From NCBI GenBank assembly GCA_951406725.2, contig OX597830.1, positions 50,406,001-50,470,000 on the forward strand: DNA of 64,000 bases, written 5' to 3'. Below the pieces are notes generated by a model that saw only the letters and a program-made list of their open reading frames with translations, did no database searches and was not told the DNA's origin. Source of the stretch: Octopus vulgaris. Lineage: Eukaryota. Below, in pieces: positions 26,313 to 39,268 of the stretch (position 1 is its first letter; every line of letters starts with the position of its first letter). The position numbers were made by a program, and so were the translations under genes.

Positions 26313-26849
26313 GTCTGTCTTTTGCGATTTAACGGGGAAGTAATTATTCATAGAAAACAGCTTATAATAAACACTAAAATCGTAGCAAGAACAACAGCAA
26401 CAACAAAAATAATAGCAACAATGACAAAAAATGACATCAAGGAGGAGAAGAAGAAGAAGAAGAAGAAGAAGAAGAAGAAGAAGAAGAAGAAGAAGAAGAA
26501 GAAGAAGAAGAAGAAGAAGAAGACAACAGCAACAATGAATGACAACAAAAGCTGTTCTAGATGATTCCATAAAAGTGGTTTTTTCCTCATCATTTTTCAA
26601 ACACAGTCAAAGTTATAAAGTCACAATAACAAAAGATTTCAGAAAGGAAAAATTAACTAGAGAAAAAAAATAATAAAATGAAAATAAAACAAAGAAAAAA
26701 AATTCCTGTCTTTGATATTTTGTTTAATTATAAAACAGATTATGGGCAGAAATATGTATATTTCCGCCATTTTATGACAAAAAAAGCAAAAATGCTTGTC
26801 TTTTGTTTTTAGTCTGCACTTTGGAATCAGACAACTTATGTGTGTGTGC

Positions 26850-26884
<35 letters not shown>

Positions 26885-27534
26885 TGTGTGTGTGAGTGTG
26901 TGTGCGTGCGTGCATGTGTGTGTGAGCGTATATATATATATATATATATATATATGCATATTAATGTGTACGTGTATACGCATATAAGTGTGCTTGTGTA
27001 TCCGTGTATATGTATATATATATATGTATATACATACGCATGTATGTAAATATGTATGCGCATGAAAGCATAAGAATGCATGAAACTTTTACATGTTCAT
27101 CTACTAATACACAAATATACACATGCAAAGGCACGCGCGTACATTCACACACACACACACACATATATATTGACCCCACGAGCAAATTTAGTTATTTCCG
27201 TATAAATGTGTTTTTTTGTGGAGATGTTCATACATATATGCATATATACATATATATACGTCAGCGTGTATGTATACGTAAAAACCTACACAAACACACA
27301 CACACAAACACACACATATATGTATATGCATGTGTGCATGTGTATGTGTGTATGTGTATCTGTGTGTGTAACAGAAAGAGATCGAGAGAGAGAGAGAGAG
27401 AGAAGCAAGATAATGATTTACTTATCAATAGTTAGATCAACGTTAATAGGCAATGTTTCTTACAAGTCAAATCATTTTACTCTCTCTCTCCCTCCCTCAT
27501 TCCCCCCTCTCACTCTCCTACACGCACACACATG

Positions 27535-27578
<44 letters not shown>

Positions 27579-27844
27579 CACTCTCACACACGCTCATAGT
27601 ATGAACAATCTGAACATAAAAGAACAATCTGAATCGCAATCATACAAACTGACGAAAAATGTAAACAAATAATACATACAAACATGCAGTCATGCACATA
27701 TACGTACCTACAAATGCATGTCTTTCTTTCTAAGAACATACACTTATATATGTAATATATATATAAATACATATATATATATGCACTCACATATATATAT
27801 ACACACATATGTACGTATATGTGTGTATATACGTACATACTACC

Positions 27845-28270
27845 TCCCAACCCGGCTCGTTCCCCTGCTCCCGCCCACGTTGCCGCACTTGCCCTTACCT
27901 CTCCAACACCACCCTCCTCACTAGCACCCATCATCGACCCTATCGCATCATCAACTCCTTCACCTGCACCTCCAGCAATATTATCTATTGCGTCTCTTGC
28001 TCTCTCTGCCATTCCTTGTACATCGGACAAACGGGACGCCGCTTGGCTGACCGGTTCGCGGAACACCTTCGTGACATCCACCTTGCGAACGACACACCGG
28101 TCTCACGCCATTTCCGCTCCACCGGTCACTCCTTGCAACACCTGTCTGTGTTCGGTTTGTCCTTACACAGAGGCCATCCGGATTCCCGTTTGCGCCGTGA
28201 ACAGGAATTAATCTTCTCTCTTCGCTCTTATACGCCATATGGTCTCAACTCTCCCCTCCTCCTCATCTAA
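27845..28270 (+). CDS. Penelope-like GIY-YIG endonuclease domain (partial ORF)
   Basis: FPCSRPRCRTC Cys linker, TCTSSNIIYCVSCSLCHSLYIGQTGRRLADRFAEH…PVSRHF…H…RLRREQELI…PYGLN; catalytic Y, R, E and N positions are present. Confidence 0.88.
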   Translation, partial: SQPGSFPCSRPRCRTCPYLSNTTLLTSTHHRPYRIINSFTCTSSNIIYCVSCSLCHSLYIGQTGRRLADRFAEHLRDIHLANDTPVSRHFRSTGHSLQHLSVFGLSLHRGHPDSRLRREQELIFSLRSYTPYGLNSPLLLI

Positions 28271-28918
28271 CCCCCCTCTTCCCCCTCCTCACCTACTTTT
28301 CCCCCCGACCCCTACTTCTCTTCAGTCCTTCATCCTTTCACCCCTACTCCCCTTCCCTTCTTCCATCTTTCTCCCTCCCTCCTTCCCTCTTCCCATTCCC
28401 TCTGCTCCCTCACTCCCCTTCTCTCTCCCTCTCTCTCCCCCTCTTCCCCTCTCCCTCTTTCCTCCTTCCTCCTCCCCTCCCCCTTCCTTCTCCCCCCTCT
28501 CTCCCTCCCCCTCTCTCCCTCCTCTTCTCCCCCTCTTCTCCCCCCTCCCCTCTTCTCCCTCTTCTTCTCTCTCCACACTACACCACACGACTTTACACAT
28601 CACATCATATATGATGTGCCATACTAATACATACACCAACTAATACATACTAATACATACTAATACATACTAATACATACACCAACCCTATACATACACA
28701 CGTCCAGACTTCTCATACGCACTAATACTCTCTCATACACACACACACACACCCTTATGTTGGAGTAGGTCATTCAACCCTATTATCTCCCCTAATTTCG
28801 CTCTCGCGTCTCATGTTTGATCTTTGACTTCTGGCCGAAATCAGATCGCCATGTTGATTCGTTAGTTACTGCACGCATTTTTTTCTCTCCTTCTTTCTGT
28901 GTTTTTTTTCTCTGTGTA

Positions 28919-28956
28919 TCTTTCTGTTGAAGAGCGTAGGCTCGAAACGTTAAAGA
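28919..28956 (+). ncRNA. Minimal type I hammerhead-like motif with a core variant (CUGUUGA)
   Basis: TCTTT-CTGTTGA-A-GAGC(GTAG)GCTC-GAAA-CG-TT-AAAGA: stem I TCTTT/AAAGA, stem II GAGC/GCTC, palindromic AACGTT. A6 is U. Confidence 0.6.
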
Positions 28957-29214
28957 CTTGTTTTATTTATATTTCCTGGAACGTAAACAAGTATGTGTGT
29001 TTGTGTGAGAGAGTTGTGAGTGAGAAAGAGAGTGCGTGAGAGAGTGAGTGTATGTGTGTATGTATTATTTACTTGCATAGCCATCACAATTTATTCTACG
29101 TTTTAATAGGAAATGCAGAAATGATTGATAAATTCTGATTCCCGTTGAATGTATTATAAAGTGAGCATGAAATACGTTCTTAAGCAGGCGTGAAAAATTT
29201 TTTTTATAAAACGT

Positions 29215-29389
29215 ATTGTGCCGCTGAGTGGTAAAAAGTTTGCTTCTCTATCACACAGTTCCGGGTTCAGTCCCACCGCGTGGCACCGTATGAATAGTGG
29301 ATTTAGAAACCGGTCAAGTGAATAAATATCTTTTAAAATTGCTCTTTTCAAACCTTCTTTCACACACACACAACACACACACACACACA

Positions 29390-29452
<63 letters not shown>

Positions 29453-29695
29453 CATACATATGTTGTGCATGTGTGTGTGTATTTATGTGTGTATCAATCT
29501 TTGTATTTGTGTTTGTGTTCCACTATCGCCTGTTTTGTTTTTGTTTCCGTAACTTAGCGGTTCGGCATATGAGAAGGATAGAGTAACTACCAGGCTTAAA
29601 GAAATACGTACTGGCGTTGATTTGTTCAACTAAAAACCCTTCAAGATGTTGCTTCAGCATGGCCATAGTCGAAATACTGAAACAAATAAAAAAAA
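29215..29695 (+). mobile_element. Degenerate SINE family A
   Basis: GGTTCAGTCCCACCGCGTGGCAC head, internal (CA)n, tail GCTTCAGCATGGCCATAGTCGAAATACTGAAAC. Confidence 0.7.
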
Positions 29696-29729
29696 TTAAT
29701 GTATAAAAGATTACAAGAATATATAAAAA

Positions 29730-30126
29730 GGCGGCGAGCTGGCAGAAACGTTAGCACGCCGTATTTCGTCTGCCGTTACGTTGTGAGTTCAAATTTCCCC
29801 GAGGTCGACTTTGCCTTTCATCCTTTCGGGGTCGATTAAATAAGTACCAGTTACGCACTGGGGTCGTTACAATCGATTTAATACCTTGTCTGTCCTTGTT
29901 TGTCCTCTCTGTGCTTAGCCCCTTGTGGGTAGTAAAGAAATAAGTATTTCGTCTGCGGTTACGTTCTGAGTTCAAATTCCGCCGAGGTCGACATTGCCTT
30001 TCATCCTTTCGGTGTCGATTAAATTAAGTACGAGTTACGCACTGGGGTTGATGTAATCGACTTAATCCATCTGTCTATCCTTGTTTGTCCCTTTTATGCT
30101 TAGACCCTTGTGGGCAATAAAGAAAT
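29730..30126 (+). mobile_element. SINE family B tandem dimer
   Basis: GGCGGCGAGCTGGCAGAAACGTTAGC…GAGTTCAAAT…GGTCGACTTTGCCTTTCATCCTTTCGGGGTCGA…AAGTACCAG…CCTTGTGGG..ATAAAGAAATA, present twice (second unit lacks the head). Confidence 0.88.
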
Positions 30127-30797
30127 ATGAATATATAATGTAATGATATAAATGTTTCTTTTGAGACAATTAAATCTACGCTTACATCAAACTGCACATT
30201 TATCAGCGAGAGAAACAATGTAGTCGGCAGGCAAATGTATTTCGTTCTGTAGGTAATCTCGAACCCATCAGACTGACCTTAACTTCTTAATGATGGAATA
30301 TGTACGATAACACTGGAATTGAATTGACTTTGTTTTAGATTAAATTGTTCTGTCGTAGCCGCGAGCGTAATTCACAAATAAATTGTGTTTGTGAATGTCC
30401 CCCTGCGAGAATGTCAGGAACAGGAAGAGAAGTTATGTCCAATCTGGAGACTTGCTCTGCACGACTCTGAATGTATACATGACAACAATGCTTCTCTTGG
30501 AAGGTGAGAAACAGACCAACGGAGAAAGCGGTAAAAGACCACTTGTTCCTAGAGTTTCTGTTTACCAAGTTTCATTCGAAAGTCTTTGATCGATCCGAAG
30601 CAATGGTCGGATACATTTGCCACACGAACCGAGCAGTAGGATGCTTCGAACGATATTATGTAGATGTGTATGTGTGTGTGTGTGTGTGTGTAGCTATGTG
30701 TTCATACATGCATAAATATGCATATATATATATGCACAAAAATATACATATACATACATACATACTTATATACATACACACACACACACACACATAA

Positions 30798-30842
<45 letters not shown>

Positions 30843-31082
30843 CATAATGTACACACATAGACTCACAGGAAACTGATACAATCACACACATATACACAAC
30901 AATAATCACACAGCCACAGACACACACACACGCAAAGAAACATGCTTAGTCAAACGCACATGTACGCAAATGTGCGCACACATACTGTTTTTGTTGATAA
31001 GTATTGACCAATAACAAAATTGAAGGAAGATTTTAATTCAAATTTTCGAGACCAATGCATCGTATATGGAAGCTGACATTGA

Positions 31083-31130
<48 letters not shown>

Positions 31131-31701
31131 TATACACACACACACATCTAAGGCATAGAAGTGTTAGCACGCTGGATAGAGTGGTACAGCCGCATTTCTT
31201 CTGGCTATACTCGCTGAGTTACATTCCCCCCGATGTTGATGAAATAAGTACCAGCTGAGCACTCGAGTCGATGAAATCGATTAACCCCCACTTCTCACAA
31301 ACTTCTGGAGTCGTCCAAGAATTTGGACCTGGAGATCTCTATTTCCAGAGACTACGAGGGCCACCTCCCTGTGGTGTCGGGCGTCAACGAAGAGCCCTCG
31401 ACTACAACAAGACGACCAAAGTTTTTTTTCTTCTAAGGTCTGGGTCTCCCGCCCCTAAGCCCTAGACCATCACCTAATCACTCTTACCCGTCTTGTTGCT
31501 TAACAACAACAACAATAGCAACAACGGACTTCTGGCTTTGTGCCCACATTAGAAATATATGTGTCTACGTGTGCGCATGTATGTATTTATGTGTGCGCGC
31601 GCGCGCGTGTGCGTGCGTGTGTGTGTGTGCGTGTGTATGTGTACGTGTGTATGTATGGGTGCGTGTGAGTGTGAGTTTGCATGAATGTATGTGTATATAT
31701 A

Positions 31702-32973
31702 CAGGGTGTCCCAGAAAGATTTACGCATTGATGTCTCTTAATTATTCAAAATAAACTTCAGGTAGAATAATGGAATTTGGCAGACACGTTCTGATGTAAA
31801 TTGTCAATCCATTGCAGTAATTACATTCCAAAATGACCACCTTCCGTCTTGATCGTAGCCTGCAAACGTGTGGTCACTGCGTTGCATGAGCGTCGTACAA
31901 CCTCTTCATCAAACGTGACCCATTACGACAGAAGGACTTTCTTCAGATCTGACACATTTGAAGAGGAGTGAGCAGAAACATTACTCTCTAAGATGGACCA
32001 AATAGCAAAGTCTATTGGAAAAATTTATGGACTTAAGGGAGGCCATATCATCTTGTCCCAAAAGTCACTGAAATACTCTTTGCACTACCTCTGTGCCAAA
32101 TTGGATGTGTGGGCCGGAGTGAGGATGTAGCGGTCAGCAAAGGTTTTTGTGACCCAGGGTAACACTTTCTCATCCAACATTTCCACATAAACTTCACTGT
32201 TGACCTTGACGCCAGCGTCGATGAAGATCAATGGAGACTTGGACACATCAGATGCAACTGCGGCCCACACCGTGAGTGAAGCTGGTTTCTGACAGCGTAA
32301 ATGATTCCTGCAACTTTCGGGCAAGTCTCGTGCATTACGGGCATTTAACTGGTCAGTCTGTCTGTTGGTAACTGCCTCCACAGTCAAAGTCTTCTCATCT
32401 GACCAGATAAAAACTTTGTTAGCACTACGCTTCATCTCAGCTAACATGGTTTTACCCCTGTCTAACTGTTCCTTCTTGGAAGCTGCTGAAATTAATTGCC
32501 AGGATTGCTTTTTTATATGCTGTTAATTATTAAATCCTCTTTAAAAATTCTGTGCATTGACGATTTCGAAATATCAAGAATTTCTTGCACTCCTGCTGGG
32601 ATTACGGTTCATCCGCTTCTTCACAACTTCAACAACTTGTTTGGTACGAATTGATTGTTTCCTACCAGGAATTGGCTTCCTAGAGGTTGTAGCGGACTCT
32701 ATATATCGTTTCCCGGTATTGAACACTGTCTTACGACACACGTTCAACTGTTTTGTTGCTCACTCCAGCTGTGTTCAAAGCGACAATCTAGTCACGTTTT
32801 GCTTTCGACGCCATGTTTGCTTAAAAGACTGTTATAGACGAAGGAAACAATAGACACATGAACAAAAGACATATGCAATTTTTTTATGTAAAATGTAGAT
32901 AATATAATAATAAATGAAGCGATATTCTTTAGGAAGAGTTTTAAGCATGGCTAAATCTTTCTGGGGCACCCTG
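31702..32973 (-). mobile_element. Full-length decayed Tc1/mariner element, DD37D (maT-like), 1272 bp, TA TSD
   Basis: TIRs CAGGGTGTCCCAGAAAGATTTA (31702-31723) and TAAATCTTTCTGGGGCACCCTG (32952-32973), each flanked by TA. Confidence 0.93.
31821..32814 (-). pseudogene. DD37D-type transposase pseudogene
   Basis: MASKAKRD*…, WSDEKTLTV, VWAAV…KSPLIFIDAGVKVNSEVY, PAHTSN…WPPLSP*IFPIDFAIWSILE, GGHFGM*. The second catalytic D is deleted; the 37-residue spacing assumes a QDGA before PAH. Several stops. Confidence 0.85.
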
Positions 32974-33633
32974 TATATACACACAGCTTTGGAGAGCAAC
33001 AAGATCCATTATTATAATAAATGAATAACGATTGCGGGGCAAATCAGATGCATCCGATAAGTTAGTGTGGTAACTTCAAATGGCGGTGAGTGCTAGGACC
33101 TTATCCTAGCGACTGGCTCCCCTTCTTCAAGGAAACTAAATTCTTCAAACGTTAACATTTATTGATATTTTACAATACCATTTTCACATCTGGGACGGTG
33201 CTGCTGCTACTGCCGCAGCTGTTGCTACTGTTTCTGGAATTGTTGCTGTTGCCGCACACTTAGATGTCTTAGATCGGGAAATAGCCTCCCAACTGATTGA
33301 CATATAGTCATTCACGGACACGATGTAACCTCTAGTTCACTCCTACTGTGTACGCTCTGCCTTTCCTATCACTACTGGCTTTTGCTCCTTGGAGATAGAT
33401 GGACTCTATCACCTCCTCGGAGGCACTTTCGACTCACTTGTCTCTTCTGTCCTTACCCGTATTGTCTCCAACCCCACCACCACCACCACCACCAGCCTTC
33501 CTCCGGTCAATTCACCTAATCTTTCCTCCCTAGAACGTCAGCCCTTCGTAATTCCCTTACCTTCTCTGCTTAACTCTCTTCATTCAGGAGTTGACGTACA
33601 AAGGCTCAAGATGGATACTGGCTTCACACTCTG

Positions 33634-33833
33634 ACACAAGGGCAGACATTTCGGGAAAGGGTATAAATCGATTACATCGACCCCAGTGTTCGACTGGTTT
33701 TTATTTTAACGACCCCGAAAGGATGAAAAGCAAAGTCGACCTGGACGGAATCTGAACTCAGAACTAGAAGACGGACGAAATGCAGCTAAGCATTTCGCCA
33801 GGCGTGCTAACGATTCTGCCAGTTCGCCGCCTT
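33634..33833 (-). mobile_element. SINE family B
   Basis: Reverse complement of the family B head and core. Confidence 0.85.
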
Positions 33834-34056
33834 GCTCAAGATGAATGCTAATTATATCAATCTCACTGGTGTTCGAGACCCTACGAATGCCAGGACCTCC
33901 GTCCCTTCCTTCAAGCCCTAGCCCAGCAAATTTAAAAACAAAAGGAATCCTTTCTTTAGACTTACGCTGCTAATATTTCCACTGGGAACCCGATTTAGAA
34001 TTTCATATTTCGGGACGAAACAAATACTATTTCAACATTACGGTTGTGGGTAACCT

Positions 34057-34283
34057 ATTTCTTTACTACCCACAAGAGGCTAAATACAGAGAGGACAAAC
34101 AAGGACAGACAAACGGATTAAGTCGATTATATCGAGCCCAGTGAGTAACTGGTACTTATTTAATCGACCCCGAAAGGATGAAAGGCAAAGTCGACCTCGG
34201 CGGAATTTGAACTCAGAACGTAGCGGCAGACGAAATACCGCTAAGCATTTCGCCCGGTGTGCTAACGATTCTGCCAGCTCGCC
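34057..34283 (-). mobile_element. SINE family B (complete, low divergence)
   Basis: Reverse complement of 63698-63925. GGTTGTGGGTAACC is repeated on both flanks (~34042-34055 and ~34284-34297), a possible TSD. Confidence 0.9.
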
Positions 34284-34754
34284 GGTTGTGGGTAACCAGT
34301 TCTACCCATTACGCACCTCCTAGATCTTGTGATCTTATGCTTTTGTAGGAATTAATATTCTTTGGAAACAAATATAATAATAAAATACCATTTATTCTCT
34401 CCTCTACAGAAACAGTCCGACATGTGTATATTATAAATAGTTTTACATTGATACGACTCAGCTATAATATAATATAATATAATATAAATGATATTACGTT
34501 AATATACCTCAGTTATAATATAAATGATATCTCGTTGATATAACTTAGCAGATATCGTGAAACTTATATCTTTTTATTAATCTCATATATTTGTGATATT
34601 TCAGTTTCACCTTCATCAGTTGTCATACTGATATTACATTATCTGAAATATCTCACATCGTACAATAACTAAGACGTATCATTGTCGTCGTTGTTGTTGT
34701 TGCTGCTGTTGTTATTCATAATAATATTAATGATAAAGACAGGGGTAATGTCGA

Positions 34755-34755
34755 A

Positions 34756-34823
<68 letters not shown>

Positions 34824-34836
34824 TAATAATAATAAC

Positions 34837-34905
<69 letters not shown>
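34755..34905. repeat. (TAA)n microsatellite
   Basis: Read directly. Confidence 0.95.
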
Positions 34906-35383
34906 TTGTCTTGGTATAAAAGATGGGCTACAGCAAATATTCTGCTCAATACCACAGAGTTGTTTGTCAGTTGCTTGACCGTAACAAGTTAACCATGTCC
35001 CTTAGTGGCTGATGATATGTGCATCTCTGATCACGAGCAGAAGTAGTAGGGGAGCATCGTAGCCATGTGATGCGAGGGATTCTTTGGGGTTTGAATAATT
35101 CACCTCTGGAAACATGAGTGTTTCGTTCAACATCCTTAAACAACCCTTATTCAGGGACCTTTTGGGCGTGATTGGTTAATCGACCAGAAGAAAAAGTCTA
35201 ACTGGACCCCATCTGCAAGGTCATGTGCTGTTTATCTTGATATGAGATCACCATGTCATGCATATATGGTTGTGGTACATGTGCCTGTTGTACTCTTATC
35301 AGACGGGTAGTCATGATGGGTATTCTGGGCTTCGTATATTTTACCCCAGTGTCACTCTGATGGTATGCACTGCTCTCTCACTC
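34906..35383 (+). mobile_element. 5'-truncated copy of the (TAA)n-embedded non-coding repeat
   Basis: Reverse complement of 4211-4632; ends GCACTGCTCTCTCACTC(AAT)n. Confidence 0.82.
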
Positions 35384-35414
<31 letters not shown>

Positions 35415-35469
35415 GTAATAATAATAATAATAATATTAATAATTGAAGGCGGTAGAGATATTATACAAT

Positions 35470-35840
35470 TAGAAAACCATAGTATTACCGAAATATCTTA
35501 AAATCAAGGAAAATTGATGCATACAAAACATGAACCAAAATTAAAGAAATAACTGTTCTCTGTCTTCGAGGAAACCGAAAAATACAAAGTAGAGGTAGTA
35601 AGAACTGATGGCCATAAAGGAAAAGGAGAAACAACAAAAATTGTAAAGCAGCTATAAATGTTAGGTAAAACTGGAACTATAAAATGCCATGATAAAACGA
35701 TGGTAAGAAAAGTCCTTGCATGGCAGATACTTGAATAAGCTGAAGAAAGGAGAAATGGACAAAGTAACATTCCAACGCTAGTTGAGAAGAACAGGACTCA
35801 AAGCAGTGACTGAAAAGCTTTTATTTGAGACACAAGATTA
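35470..35840 (+). pseudogene. Degenerate R4/Dong LINE internal fragment
   Basis: Translates KRW*EKSLHGRYLNKLKKGEMDKVTFQR*LRRTGLKAVTEKLLFETQD, matching the Dong 'W..K.LHG.Y…WL..G.LK.ETE…AQDQ' region. Confidence 0.7.
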
Positions 35841-35875
35841 AAACTTTCCCCACCAGAGACCACCAAAAATGATAA

Positions 35876-36182
35876 TGATTTCGATATTTGGCACAAGGCC
35901 AGCAAGTTCAGGAGATGGTGTAAGTCGATTATATCGGCTCCAGTGCTCAACTGGTACTTGATTTATCGATCCCAAAAGGATGAAAGGTAAAGTCGACCTT
36001 GGTGGAATTTGAATACAGAACGTAGCAAAAGCCGAAATATCGCTACGTTCTGAGTTCAAATTCCGCCGAGTTTGATTTTACCTTTTATCCTTTCGGGGTG
36101 TTGATAAATTAAGTACCAGTGAAATATCATCCGAAAAGATAAAGGACAAAGTCGACCTCGGCGGAATTTGAACTCAGAACGT
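35876..36182. mobile_element. SINE family B segments in alternating orientation (-/+/-)
   Basis: 35876-36040 minus, 36041-36125 plus, 36127-36182 minus. Confidence 0.8.
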
Positions 36183-36451
36183 ATAGACCAGTGTTTCTCA
36201 ACAATTTTCTGCCTATTGACCCCTTTGATTCATGTTTTACACTAATATATGTACCTTCCTAACCGTTCGATGTTTAAAAGATCATAATACATTCTTATGA
36301 TTGAATATTATAAAGAAAAGATGCTTCTTAATTGACATTTCAGTCCAAACAATTTAGTTTATCGAACCCGGAAGGATAAGCCGAAAAGTTGACGTCAACC
36401 GGATTTGAACTCAGAACGTATATAAATGACAGAATATATATTTTTCTCAAA

Positions 36452-36882
36452 GTAGCGAGCTGGCAGAAACGTTAGCACGCCGAGCGAGATGCTTAGCCGT
36501 ATTTCGTTTGCCGTTACGTTCTGAGTTCAAATTACGCCGAGGTCGACTTTGCCTTTCATCCTTTCGGGGTCGATAAATTAAGTACCAGTTACGCACTGAG
36601 TAGATATAATCGACTTAATCCATTTGTCTGTCCTTGTTTGTCCCTTCTATGGTTCGCCTCTTATGGGCAATAAAGAAATAAGAAACGTTGCCACGCCGGG
36701 CGGAATGCTTAGCAATATTTCGTCTGTTTTTACATTCTGAATTCAAATTCCGCCGAAGTCGACTTTGCCTTTTATCCTTTCGTGGTCGATAAATTAAGTA
36801 CCAGTTGCGTACTGAGATCGATATAATCGACTTGCCCCCTCCCCCAAAATTTCGGGCCTTGTGCCTAGAGTAGAAAAGAATA
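36452..36882 (+). mobile_element. SINE family B tandem dimer with two different tails
   Basis: Unit 1 ends GGGCAATAAAGAAATAA; unit 2 ends CCCCCAAAATTTCGGGCCTTGTGCCTAGAGTAGAAAAG. Confidence 0.85.
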
Positions 36883-36989
36883 TATACTTTTCTCTACCTA
36901 TTCCGCCTTCCAGATATTCTTACGAAATATACCTCCACTGTTAAAACTAAAAATTTTAGAAGGTAAAATTCCTTTCAAGTCTGCATGAT

Positions 36990-37312
<323 letters not shown>

Positions 37313-37622
37313 CACACTATCTCACATATATATGATATTCGTTCTGCTGCAGCCACATACATTTCGCGTAGAAATAAATTCCTGACATTTCCAAAGACAA
37401 TGATTACGAGTGTGCAGGAATTCTCTCGGTCGACGGAATCCATAATGAATTGATCAAACAAATGAAGTGAATGGCATCGTAGAAAATCTTCGAGTCATAG
37501 CAGGAACAGCTGAAGAAAGCCTCCATAGAAAATCTGAAGGAATATTATATCATTGCACGCATGAAGAAAACACACACATACAAGTATACAGGCACACATA
37601 TTTATGTATGTATTTCTCTCTC

Positions 37623-37698
<76 letters not shown>

Positions 37699-38648
37699 CA
37701 GATACATATATGCATACATATATATATGCATACATATATACATATATATGTGTGTATGTGCGTGTATATTATATGTATATGTGCCTGTGTGTCTATATAT
37801 ATGCATGTGTGTATGCATATGCGAATAAAAAGAGAGATAGAGTGGGGGAGGAAAGGAAAGAGAGTGGAGGGAGGAGAGAGAGAAGAGAGAAATAGGCGGG
37901 AGAGGGAGATTTAGTTACAGCTGCCATTTCTCGATTCTGTCATTTTTGATGTTGGAATGTTTCTTGGATCAGACGTGTGAGCGAAGGATCTTTGATCAGT
38001 TATGGGAGCGAAGTTCCTATTATCCAAGTAGAATATTAAAGCTGATAAAGAATGATTTAATGCAACAAACCCACAGTTTTGTGATACCCCAGTTTCCAAT
38101 ACAAATTCCATGTTTTCATTGACATACAACCGAACAGCGTTTTCAATTTGCTGTTTCAAATCTCCAAAATTGTTCTGTAATGTTTGCGATAAATGAAATG
38201 TCTTTGAAAGACGGCAGGGCAGTTGGAAATGTTATCAGAAATTCTATTACACTTTGGCATATAGAAGTTTAAGCATTCGATATATTATATGCTTCGTGGA
38301 ATAGAATAAGGTTGAGACGATGTGACAAAATATAACGAGTTATCATTTGTTACTCGAGCAGTTTAAGTTTCGACTTTATTATCTGTGGTGTCAACGATTC
38401 ATGTTTGGAGACATTGCAACCAGGGAACATATATTTCTTGAACATCTGTATCCATTTATATGGAATCTACTCTCTGCTATATCTCAGCAGTTAGAGAGGT
38501 AAAGAAATTATTCATTAAGAAGACATCACCCACCAATAAGTTCTAAAGTATGATGTGTAGCGGGTAACAGCTGAAAATATATGTATTGATATATACAAAC
38601 TTTAAAATGACATATTCTCTCTCTCTATATATATATATATATGCGCGC

Positions 38649-38696
<48 letters not shown>

Positions 38697-38943
38697 ATGT
38701 GTGTGTGCGGGTGTGTGTGTATCTGTGTGTGCATACGTGTGAGTGTGTGCGTAGATGTATCAGTGTCTGTGTTGATATACATTTTTGAAACGGTGGATCT
38801 CAACTTACGTAAGACTATAAAGAACAACATTTGAATATTTTAAAGTATTTACTAGCTAGTTTCATATGATTTATACACTGTTTCATAAAAGATATATATA
38901 TGTGTGTGTATATATATGCATATATATATATATACATATACAT

Positions 38944-38995
<52 letters not shown>

Positions 38996-39268
38996 AGTAA
39001 ATGTAATAAAACTCATTAAGGAATCATAAATCCGATTAAAATACTGGTTAGTTACCAATCTAAAGAAAGATCAACTATAAGGTAACCAAATAAACCGTGG
39101 TTCATATATATATAAATTTAAAGAGTAAGGAAAAAATGGACAGGTAATTAATAAATAATATTTCAGAGATGTTGCCATATTTCATAATTAATAATAGATA
39201 ATTTCATTAATAATTACCTCTCCATTCTCGCCTTATTCTTTAACTATATATATATATATATATATACA

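Larger units (their letters stand above)
27842..28985 (+). mobile_element. 5'-truncated Penelope-like element (Neptune-like): GIY-YIG C-terminus, polypyrimidine UTR and pLTR
   Basis: GIY-YIG coding segment followed by a C/T-rich tract, (CATACTAATA)x4 and a hammerhead-like motif at 28919-28956. Confidence 0.85.

Noticed and set aside
34990-35050. CTGATGA as a hammerhead core in the (TAA)n-embedded repeat
   Set aside because: No stem II closed by GAAA and no matching stem I or III.
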